A program made the position numbers and the translations under genes. Positions 37,592 through 48,360 of a stretch of DNA of 64,000 nt are shown piece by piece; position 1 is the stretch's first letter, and every line of letters starts with the position of its first letter. The notes beneath the pieces are model-generated. The model made no database searches. It was not told where the DNA came from and saw nothing but the letters and a program-made list of their open reading frames with translations. The stretch is from Lama glama (taxonomy: Eukaryota), in NCBI GenBank assembly GCA_028534125.1, contig CM052817.1, positions 23,624,001 to 23,688,000 on the forward strand, in the 5' to 3' direction.

Positions 37592-38413
37592 ATCATTAAA
37601 AAGTCCACAAATGACAAATGCTGGAGAGGGTGTGGAGAAAACGGAACCTTCCTACACTGCTGATGGGAATATTATTTGGTGCAGCCATTATGGAAAACAG
37701 TATGGAGATTCATTTAAAAAACTAAAAATGGACTTACCATATGACCCAGCAATCCCACTCCTGGGCATATATCCAGACAGAACTCTAATTCAAAAAGATA
37801 CACGCACCCCAATGTTCATAGCAGCACTGCATACAATAGCCAAGACACAGAAACAACTTAAAACTCCACTGACAGATGACTGAATAAAAAAGTTGTAATA
37901 TATTTATACAATGGACTACTACTCAGTCCATTATGAAAAATAAAATAATGCCATTTGTAGCAATATGGATGGACCTGGAAATCGTCATTCTAAGTGAAGT
38001 AATCCAGAAAAAGAAATAAAAATACCAAATGCTATCACTCATATGTGGAATCTAAAAAAAGAAAAGAAAAAAGAGGATGCTAGTGAACTCATCTACAAAA
38101 CAGAAACAGACTCTCAGGCATAGTAAACAATCTTATGGCTACTGGGGGCAAGGGGATGGAAAGGGATAAATTTGGGAGTTTGAGATTTGCAAATGATAAT
38201 TACATAGAAATAGACTAAAAAACAAATTTCTTCTGTATAGCACAGGGAACTATTTTCAGTATCTTATAATAACCTTTAATGAAAAAGATTATGAAAAGAG
38301 TATATACACATACATACACACACATGCACACATACACACAACTGAAACATGATGCTGTACACCAGGAACTGATACATTGTAACTGACTATATTTCAGTTA
38401 GAAAAAAAAGAAA
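37592..38413 (+). mobile_element. Young camelid-type L1 3' fragment
   Basis: ORF 37533-37883 contains NAGEGVEK...LPYDPAIPLLGIYP...PMFIAAL (L1 ORF2 C-terminus); 3' UTR and A-rich tail. Confidence 0.93.
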
Positions 38414-38426
38414 GGCTTAATTATCC

Positions 38427-39065
38427 TGTTGAAAATGAGGAAAGACATCTCTTTCTTTTTTCTTAGGGCATTTATCTTAGAAAACTTTTATGTACTTTTT
38501 CCTCTCTTTGAAATGTATACAAGTCCCTTTGAAGACTAGATAGGCCTTTCGTCAGCTCTCTGACCTAGGTCTTTCTCAAGGCCATGAGACCTATGTCTTT
38601 GAAATGCAGTAATTAGAAACAGCACCTCTACATCCCAGTTTCCGTGCGAGGCAGGAGCCCAACTTCCATGAGTGCCTTGCTCCAAGTTGCAAAACTACCT
38701 CCTGCCATAAGATATGAGAGTTTGTTTTTTCTCCAGATAAAGGCAGTTAGCTAACACAGGTGATCACCCCACTTACCAGGGACATTTAAGATGAATTACG
38801 TGCGACAAATAGTATTGTGAAGTCTTTTCACCTGAGGACCCGTTACTGTTTATTTTAGAACATGTATGTGAGGGGCTATACCTGCTTGACTCTATAAAAG
38901 AGTGAGATTTCTTTCTGTCTTTGCAGTCTCTGAGAGGATTGTCTGATGTGTGTCACATTCTGGTTTAATGATTATTCAATAATAAAATTGTTTTCTTTCT
39001 CTACTACATCTGTGGAGAGGTTTTTCTGGGTTGGAGATTTTGTTTCTAAGTACATTTCCCCAACA
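38427..39065 (+). mobile_element. ERV1 solo LTR, MER89-like
   Basis: tgttga...ttccccaaca termini; TATAAAA 38893-38899 and AATAAA 38981-38986 in LTR order. Confidence 0.75.
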
Positions 39066-41504
39066 AGATCCTCTTGTAATGTTGAGTAGGAGATAGGGCA
39101 ACATACCTAACTAGCCTATACAGACTTTTTATTAATATACATATATACATTTTAAAAGCATTTTCACTGACACGAATATCTAACCCAGAACAGTCCATTT
39201 TCTTCACCAAGATAGAGTATCAATCATCTCTTTGGATATTTCATTGAAATATTTTCTTTTCATCCCCTGCTTTAATTTAGAACAACCTATCTAATTTATT
39301 CTTAAGGAAAATTGAATCTCTGCTGTTTTCTATTCAGTAAAAATTATTCTATTTCTATAAAATAGAAACATAATCTGTTGACCAGCTTCATAATGTAGTC
39401 CATAGTGGTAACAATAAATATATAGTCAAAATCAACAGTTTGTTGTTATATTAGAGTTGTGTTCCAATCCATGCTCCAGTAGAAGGAGCATGGTCAACCC
39501 AAGGTAAGAAATCAAAAATAAGAATGCTAGAAGAGGACAGAAACAGGCAGCAAGAGATAAAACTTAAGGAGAAGTAGTATTTCCCCTATAGTACTGAATT
39601 TTGAATCATGGAGGATAATTAATATTAATTCCTTATCCATTTCTCATTGGCTAATGTCTGGAATTGGGGCCACTCATCAAGACTTGACTGTAGAGCCTCT
39701 TGAACTTAGAAGAAAGAGACACCAGGAAAGAGTAAACAGGAATTAGGGTATAGTAATGTTCCATTAAAAAACAATGTCTTTGGGATATTATTTCTGTTGG
39801 AAAATATCCACTTAATTTCATCTTTAAACCAGTGTCATTTGGAAGCTGACAGATTTTCTTGGTAAAGGTGAATTGTGTTTCATTTTGACAGTTGTAACAC
39901 TAATTTTTCAAAGAATGTTTTTCAACTATTGATCGGGTTTCAGGGAAAGTGAAGCCTGGTTCTCTCTCTATATATGCCCATATTTTTCTAGACATTATAC
40001 TTTCTATTTTGTATTTTCAGTTGTTTGTAGCAATTTATTTTGAAATCTTTGAAGGCCTAACAGATTTTGTCCTTTTAAAGTTTTTCCACTTCCTATCTTG
40101 TCACATCAAACATGCTGGAAATTTTTAATAAAAGATGAGTATTTCATTTTATTCTTCTGTTTCACTGCAAAGAGATAATGCATACTTTAGAACAAAGTAT
40201 CAACTAGCACAATATGTTGTGTGTCCTGACAAAACATCAAGATTGAGGATTCCACTGGGGCCGGGGGGAGTATAATAATCCTGCATCAAGAAATCCTGGT
40301 TCCTCTCCTGATGTGTCAAATGGGAAGCAAGATGCTTAACTTTTTATATGTTTATTCCCTCTTTGATGGAAAAAAGAGTATGAGTCCTTGCCTGGTTTAA
40401 TCACAGGGTTGTGGTGAAATGCATATATGCATATGAGATAATATTAGTAAGCGCATTTAAAAAAAAAAAACTAACACAAGGTTATTGCAGTTGTAAAAAC
40501 TTCACTCACCCTAACACCGGCTAATCCAAGAGAAGCTGCAGAGAAGACTAGCTCTCAGCAAAATGGGTAGTTAGAGTTATATTTCTTGCTGACTCTAAGA
40601 AACCCAGTATGGTCCCATACACCACCAAGGCCTCAGTCCTGGAGCTGTGATCTAAGCAAGCCAAATTTGCCACTGTTCTTTTGCCCCTCGCTACACATCT
40701 GTCCTCACCTTGAAGTCATTCTTACCTCTGGAAAAAGACTCAGTCAGCACTAGCAGATCCCTCCTTTTGTACTTATGGGACATATCGATGACTAACTCTA
40801 GAACTCATTCCCTCAGAGCTCAGTGTCAGAGTTCTTCAAAGCAAAGCACAGTGTACACCCACTACCAACAAGCAGAGATTTGCACACAAGATATTCGCCA
40901 CTTTTGAGCTAGAGCTAATTATTTCTACTCTCCCAGTCATGATGTATAGGTTTTAAGACTGGCCTTTAGGAGGCAGTGTCTTTGCTGTGGAGGTCACTTT
41001 TTTTAATGAAAACTGGGACTTGAACTGGTTAAAATAGATTGCTTAGAACTAGCGTGAACGAAGAGCAAAGTAAGGGCAGGAACAGGTAGCGGCTGCACAA
41101 CACAGTGGTCTCTGGTTCTGGTCTTCTGTAGCAGGACCTTACACACACAATTAGTCAGTAAAAGGGAGCCATAGAGAAAACAATAAAAACAAGATTTACA
41201 AGTTAGGATTATGTCTTTTATTTTGAGAACAGATGGGAGGGGGAACAGGGACAGAAGTCCAGGGTGCATATGTGATAAATGGCACAGGAACTCATTTTAT
41301 GGAAGTGAGATTTAAATCTTTGAGTCAATGACTGAGAAAGAAGGAAGATTACATTGAGGCACAAGGAATACTTGGGAACATTATGTTCATGTCTTAAGGA
41401 GAAATTATCTCCTTTTCTAGGTTTCATGAGCAGTGTATATAGAAATACCTGAGAAAGCGCTACAGCCCAGTAAGAGATCCAGGCAAGGGAAGGGTGGGCT
41501 CCAC

Positions 41505-42550
41505 TTTTCTATTGCTGCATGATGACCCTTTCCACAATGTAGTGCCTGAAACAAAACCGCTTCTTTTAGCGCATTGTTTTGTAAATGAGGAGTTAGGTAG
41601 GGCTTGGCTGGGCAATCCTACAGTTTCCTTTGGCATCACTGATCACTCCGTTGCCTGGGTGAGTCTGGAAATTCAATACTGCTGAGATGGCTGGAAGGCT
41701 GGCTCACCAGGTCTCTCATTGTCTCTTATCTTAGAGCTTCTGCACATGGTCTTTTTGAGACAGGATGGAAGGGGACAGGACACAGCCATTCAAGGAATGC
41801 TACAGCAATTAACATCAAAATGGTGAAAGATTCAACCCCCAGTAAGCCTTGAGGCTCAGGATGGTGGGAGATTTAACTTCTAGTAGATCTTGAGCTTCAT
41901 TATACGCTCATTGTAATATATTAACATGGTAAATAATATGTCCATAGGCACCATGGCAGTCCCAAGGCTAGCCACAAAAGGTCAAAGAGTGGGAAATGGC
42001 CAGCTTCCTGGGATCCCAGCCTCCTCCCCAGGCTAGTTAAGACTGGTCCTTCCCCTTGTTAGCATATGAAGCCACCAAGCCCATAAAAACTAGCAACACG
42101 GCACCTCGCGGCCACCCCTCTCTCTCCCTCTTCAGAGACGGCCCGCACACCGTCTATGGCGTGTGTACCTACTTTTAATCTGAGCACACAACCCCCACAC
42201 CTTGTGGCCTTTCTCTTGCCTTTCAATGTATCTCTCTGAATAAATCTACCTTCACTTAACTGTGGCTCACTCTTGAATTCTTTCCTGTGCGAAGCCAAGG
42301 ACCCACACTTGGCAGGGCACGTCCCAGGGGCTCAACTGAAGCCTGGGACACGGCCCTTCTCATGCCCCACATCCATTTTCCTGCATCATCTCCATCCAGG
42401 TGGCTGGACAGCTTCCATAATAGCTTCCAGTGTCTTAAGGTCTGGGCCCCCCAAATAGCCCAGTGTTATTTCCCCTGTAACCTAAAGGTCAAGTACTCAC
42501 AGATTATAATTCAAAAGGAGGAAAAACAGATTCTCTCCCTTGAGGGGAAG
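41505..42550 (-). mobile_element. MaLR LTR, MLT1G/H-like, interrupted by a younger LTR
   Basis: tctattgctgcat...gggcttggctgggca...cacatggtct on the left resumes as tctccatccaggtggctgg...ggtcaag...acagattct on the right. Confidence 0.65.
41756..42388 (+). mobile_element. Young ERV solo LTR, probably lineage-specific
   Basis: tgagac...gcatca termini, CATAAAA 42082-42088, AATAAA 42239-42244, many retained CpGs. Confidence 0.85.
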
Positions 42551-43929
42551 CGTCTGAGAGGATCTGACCATCTCACCTGTGTCTTTACATGTTGGGAGGA
42601 TTTTTAGTAGCATTGTATCTTAACTCATCGCTGGGAAATCACAGGCTCCAGAAAAATTACTCTTTTGTTCTTACTTTTGTTCTTTTTATGCAGTCAGTAG
42701 GAAGAATTCCTAATTTAATAGTCAGTTTTAAGTGGATGGCTTAAGTGATCTTTTTTTTTTTCCTTGTTTCAGTTAATATCCCTTGCCCTCCACATTATTA
42801 TCCCATAACTTCCTAAACCAAAGCCATCTGTTTTAAAAGTACCAGTGACCCAGAATGACTTTTTTGGCACAGATCCATATTACATAAGAAATGATCTGCA
42901 AAAAAGTTCCCTAGACTACGGGCAATAAGATATGTTTCCTTTTTGGATTTATTATAAGTGAGAATCAGTCTTTTAACCTCTCTGATTCTTGCGTGGATAA
43001 TAAGCTCTCCTTTATCTAAAACTTGGAATTGTAGCTAATTAACAAGGTAACATGTATTAAGGTCTTTTGACTTTTATGTATGAAGGCGTATTATGATTGG
43101 ACTCATTAAAATTCCAATTTCAAACATTGTAAATTAACATATGCAACTTCAAAAGATATGTTAAAATGTTACAGTGGAAAAATTCATGAAAAAATGTTAA
43201 CTATGATGTACTTTTGATGATTTTATCTTATTGTTTCCAGTTCAAAACTTTTTTCTTTTTCTTTTTTTTTTTGATTTATGATGGTCTTTAGATTTTTTTG
43301 ATTTATGATGGTCTTTAGATTGTCTCATCCTTCTGCTTTCCCAGGATCTCACCTTTTCCAAGGTTATGCCAAGAGACTTGACCTTATTTGACTTACTCTC
43401 TTCTTCCCCCCAAAATTATATATAGCAACTTCATTTCTAGTTTAATAATTAAGTCTGAATTATTTTTTTACATTAGGGATCATAATTACTGATCTTTCCT
43501 AGTTCTATTTATGCACATGAAAGACTTTTATTTAGGGAGAACATTTTCTTTAATTAAAGGTTGACTGAGAAGGAAATGTCAGGAACTGATGGTCCAAGGC
43601 ATAGTGTCACATTCAATTCATTGTGGACACATTCAGCAAAAAATTATTACTGGGAAATGTTTTCCAAATTGTTCCTTAAATGTTAGAAAAGTACTCTTAA
43701 AGAACATATTTATTTTCCTTCTTAAGATTAGGGCCTCTTTCTGTTCTAATCAGAGAATACCAAATTCTAGACAGCCAAAATTTTTCAATTTATTAGTACT
43801 TCAGACATTGAAAAGGTTATGGGTATCTCTAGTGTGCTACCTCCCTGTTACTTAAATCCAAAAGTGGAGAAATAGTATCATAATTGTTTAATAGGACATG
43901 TAGTAATTGGCTGGATACGTGGCAGGCAA

Positions 43930-44592
43930 TAGGACTAGAACACTCTTTCCCCGGATGTCGGCATGGCACCTCCCTCGCCCATGTCAAGTTTAACTCAGTT
44001 GTCACTAAATGTGACCACCCCAATCACTCTTTTTAAAATTGCAACATTACATACATTTGCACATAACCTCCCCTCTCGCCCTTGCTCTGGATATACACCC
44101 AGGAGTGAGATTGCTGCATCATATGGTAAGTCTATTTTTAGTCTTCTGAGGAATCTCCTCTCAGTGTAGTTTTGATTGCATTTCTCTCATAATTAGCGAT
44201 ATTGAGCATTTTTTCATGTGCCTGTTGGCTTTTTGTATGTCTTCACTGGAGAACTGCTTGTTTAGGTCTTCTGCTCATTTCTGGGTTGGGTTGTTTGTTT
44301 TTTGATTATTAAGTTGTGTGAGCTGTTTGTGTATTCTGGAAATTAAGCCCTTGTCAATCACATATGCACATATTCTTGGTCTCTCTTATTCTGTTCTATT
44401 TTTTCTCTTTTTCCATGGTACTTAGCAACTTATAATACCCTATATATTCAACTCATTTATTAGAGTTTATTGTGTTTTCCTGTTCTTCCTATAATGAAGT
44501 GTCATGAATGCAAAGGTCTTGTTTTATTCACCTTCAGGCCCTTAGAACAGTGCCTGGCACATAGCAGATGCTCAGTAAATATTATTGAATTA
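43930..44592 (+). mobile_element. L2 3' fragment interrupted by an L1 piece
   Basis: ctagaacactctttcccc start; cttagaacagtgcctggcacatagcagatgctcagtaaatattattgaat tail. Confidence 0.8.
44085..44360 (-). mobile_element. Young L1 internal ORF2 fragment, no poly(A), internal deletion
   Basis: Closely resembles about 18743-18816 joined to about 18957-19159 of the L1 copy in this window. Confidence 0.9.
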
Positions 44593-44711
44593 TTGAAGAA
44601 ATACTAACTAAGCTTAATAATCATCAGTAGATTATGCATTACAAAAATATAAATGTCAAATCAATAAGCAAATTATCACAAAGATGGTTATGAATCTGTC
44701 AAATAAACAGT

Positions 44712-45235
44712 TGTTAAGTGGAGCACAGGTGCCAGGTGGCAAGCCAGGGTTCTACAACAGACCACAGGAGAAATTGAAACAGAGAAGCTTATTCCTCACC
44801 AGTTCCAAGAAAAAGTATACCTCGAAGGGCCACACAGGGAGGCCAAGGCAGAGTGCAGACAGAGACAGAAAGGTAGGACCTGGGGCACATGCATTTATTA
44901 GGGTCTGTGGGTGGAGTGTTTTGGGGTTCCTGGGCTACGGCCAACCTGGACACTTCCAACCAAAAGAGCAGGATTTTGGTAAGCCCCATGGGAGTCTTAT
45001 TTAAGGTGCATATAAGAAATACAGGTGCTGGGAGGCAAGGGAGACTGCTGATCATGAAGACTATTGGGGAAGTCACATCAAGGACTTTTATTTGCCTGCG
45101 TCTCTGTGGGCTGCTAACCAGAGCATGTAATTGCATGAGAGGATATATCAGTTTAAGGTCCCCGCAGGCTACTTGGTCAAACAAAATATATGTCAAGGGA
45201 ACAATACCATGGGGTAGCTTAGCTAAACTTCATCA
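44712..45235 (-). mobile_element. ERVL solo LTR, LTR53/MER88-like
   Basis: tgttaag ... gcttagctaaacttcatca termini; gggaggcaagggagactg and ggggaagtcacatca motifs. Confidence 0.7.
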
Positions 45236-45289
45236 AGAATATTTTATTTTTTGTTTTGATCTTTAATGATTATTTTCAAGATTTCTTAA

Positions 45290-48090
45290 AGAAATTGCTC
45301 ATTGCGAGTTTGGAAAAGACAGTGTACAATATGAGCCTGGGATATCTTTTATCTGAAAGCAAGGGATGAATAAAATACCAATTGGGTCATATCTAAATGA
45401 CATGCAATCCAATGTACTGGAGATTCCATGATTCTCGGAGGCAATCATTCGAGGATTCAATAAGAATACTGCATTTAACTTCCAGTCTTAGCTCTGACAT
45501 GCAAAGAACTTGGAAGTCATCACTTTCATTCTTACAACAAGAAAAAGTTATACTAACTGAAAATCAATAACTTTTCTTAAAACTGTCAGAAAACTGAGGT
45601 TTGAGAACAAACTACAACCCTGAGATCTGTAGAAAGAGGTGAGTCAGGGTGTCTCAGCTAAGATCTCCTTACCTGTACAGAAGCTTCTGGAACACAAACT
45701 GGTAGGAAGACTTAAATAGTAATTTTGAAAAATTGTTAGAAGCTCCGTGTTGGCCAGTGTGAGAATTAAAAGTTCTTGGGGGCCATAATTTTAGGAAGGA
45801 CTCCACACTTGCACGGATATTACCATTGAGAAACCCAAAAGTTCTTAAGATGAACACCCAAGAAAGGTCTTATCCTAGTTTTAGAAGAAGAGGGAAAGAA
45901 TAATCTTTGTGAAATATGCTTAGCACTTTCTCCACAACAAGGATGTACTTTCTAGGGAAAAAGACTTTACCAGAGGACCTTCCAAGCTGAGGAAGGGCAT
46001 TTTTCCCCCTCACGTCTCTTCTAGCTTTCCTGTCTCATAAAAGCAGGAACAAAACATAATAAACAAAGATCAGTTCTCCAAGGAAATTGAGAATAAGACT
46101 TGAGCCCAGGAAGAGAGTAAAGAACAGGAGAGAAAAATAAGCTACTGGAGAAACAATTATAAAGTTCACAGCCCAGAGACACATGTCTACAAAAAGACGT
46201 GTGTCTATAATATTAAGATTATAGAATTCTTCCCATTCTTAAAACTTCACCCACCCACCAACAGAGCTCTGCTATAATAGTAGTGGATTATGCTGGAAGA
46301 GCTTCAAGACACAAACCCTGTCTCAGGAGGAGTCTGTAGGGTAGCCCAGCATGAAGAGGAACAGCATATACTAGGACGCTAGAGGATCTGAAGCGTCTGA
46401 TACACATGGTGACAGAAAATATAGCCTAATAATGAGGTCAACATCAATCCTCACACTAAAGGTTTACGTATCTCTGGTCCTATTACCTGAGATAGCATGT
46501 CTAGCTTTCAACAAAAATGATAAGGCACAACAAAAAGCAAGTAAAAATAGAGTATGAATAGACAAATCAGGCATCAGAATTAGACTCAGATATGACATGG
46601 ATTTTGGAACTATGAGACAAGGAATTTAACGTAACTGTGATTAATATGTTATGGGTTAATGGGAAAAGCAGACAACATGAAAAAAAAATAAAGGTAATCT
46701 AAGTAGAGACAACAAATTTAAAAAAGAATCATAAGGAAATGCTAGAAAAATTTTAAACAGCGACAAAAATTAAGAATGTTTTATAGGCACATCACATCAG
46801 TAGATTGGACAGGGCTGAGAAAAGTCAGTGAGCTTAAAAAATGTCAATGGAAACTTCCCAAACAGAAATGCAAAAATTAAACAAAATTTAAAATAAATTT
46901 AAAAACCCTAGAACAACGTCAAGAACTGTGGAACCTTTTATAAGTTGTGACATACTCATAACTGGAATCTCAGAGAAGAATGAAGAAGAGAATATAGAAT
47001 AAATGTTTTAAATGATAATGGTTAAGAACTTACCAAAATTAAAGACAGACACCAAATCATGGCTTCAAGAGGCTCAGTAAACACCAAGCAGGATAAATGC
47101 TAACAAAACACACATAAGTATATCATATTCAGTCTGCAAAGACAAACAGAAAGTAATAAAAAAAAAACAGGTAGAGGGAAATAATCTTATCTATAAAGGA
47201 AATTATGCAAGCAAGAAGAAAACTGAAGGAAATACTTAAAACTTGAAGGGAAACACACACACACACACACACACCCCAACCTAGAATTCTATATCCAGCA
47301 AAATTATCTTCAAAGGTGAAAGTAATAAAAATTTATTCAGACAAAAACTGAAGGAATTTATTACCATCAGACCTGCCCTGCAAGAAATGTTAAAATACTA
47401 AATTTTAAAAAATGAAACACATTAAACATATAAAACCCATTAATTCAACATGCTGCCTTCTCCCAAACACACACACACACACGCATGAACAAAACACATG
47501 GGTCTCCATTGAAAGCTACCAAGAAATGAACTCATTATTTTGAAAACTCAGTAATAAAGTCAATGAAGCAATCATTTATACTGCCTTTTTTTGAACAAAC
47601 TGTATTTTAAGATAAGAAAATAGTTGATGTGTGAAAATTCTTTAAAGAAGTATTCCAGTTAATAAATGCAAAGCCTGCCAGAATTGTAACATTTTCTATT
47701 TCTTACTACCTAATGAAATGATGAAGCTTGACAATAATGATCTACTAAACACTAACTTTCAGTTGACAATTTGACAAAGAATTTTATGAAAGAAGGATCA
47801 CAGTGGCATTATCTCAAACCACGAATGAGCTGAAGTATCACTAAAGTGAGACAGCCATAAATCCTGTGATCCTGATAGGATGATCTACAAAACAGTCTTC
47901 CCCTTCCCATAAATTGAATGTAAGTCTAATTAAATTTCTAGATCTAACTAGCAGTGTGCAGGACAGATGGGTTATAGTAGAATAAGAAAAGTGACATCCT
48001 TGGAAGCAGTTAGATGAAGTTTGGACATGCTACAAGGAAAAATAACCTGATTTCTCCAACAAACCAATGACACAACCAAACAATAATTTT
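45290..48090 (+). mobile_element. Old L1 3' end (L1ME3/L1MC5-like), split by another L1 at 45478-47393
   Basis: aatatgagcctgggatatctt left arm; aactcattattttgaaaact, gtattccagttaataaatgca, tctagatctaacta right arm. Confidence 0.6.
45478..47393 (+). mobile_element. Old L1 5' UTR plus decayed ORF1 (L1MD-like), no ORF2
   Basis: acttccagt...ttggaagtcatcact 5' end; ORF1 end caacctagaattctatatccagcaaaattatcttcaaa...agacctgccctgcaagaaatgttaaa. Confidence 0.8.
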
Positions 48091-48093
48091 AAA

Positions 48094-48260
48094 AAGACTC
48101 ACAGACATAGAAAACAAACTTATAATTACCAGGGGGAAAAGGGGTGGGAAGGGACAAATTAGAAGTTTGAGATTTGCAGATACTATATAGCACAGGGAAT
48201 GATATTCAGTATCTTTTAGTAACCTATAATGAAAAAGAGTATGAAAATGAATATATGTAT
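48094..48260 (+). mobile_element. Young L1 3' UTR fragment running into an assembly gap
   Basis: agactcacagacatagaaaacaaactt...tatagcacaggga; lacks a short internal segment relative to the other copies. Confidence 0.9.
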
Positions 48261-48360
48261 NNNNNNNNNNNNNNNNNNNNNNNNNNNNNNNNNNNNNNNN
48301 NNNNNNNNNNNNNNNNNNNNNNNNNNNNNNNNNNNNNNNNNNNNNNNNNNNNNNNNNNNN
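48261..48360. other. Assembly gap (100 N)
   Basis: Run of N. Confidence 1.

Noticed and set aside
39469..39493. 9-bp perfect hairpin CCATGCTCC/GGAGCATGG (a similar one at 48991-49013)
   Set aside because: Too short for a pre-miRNA; a few such stems are unsurprising in 64 kb.
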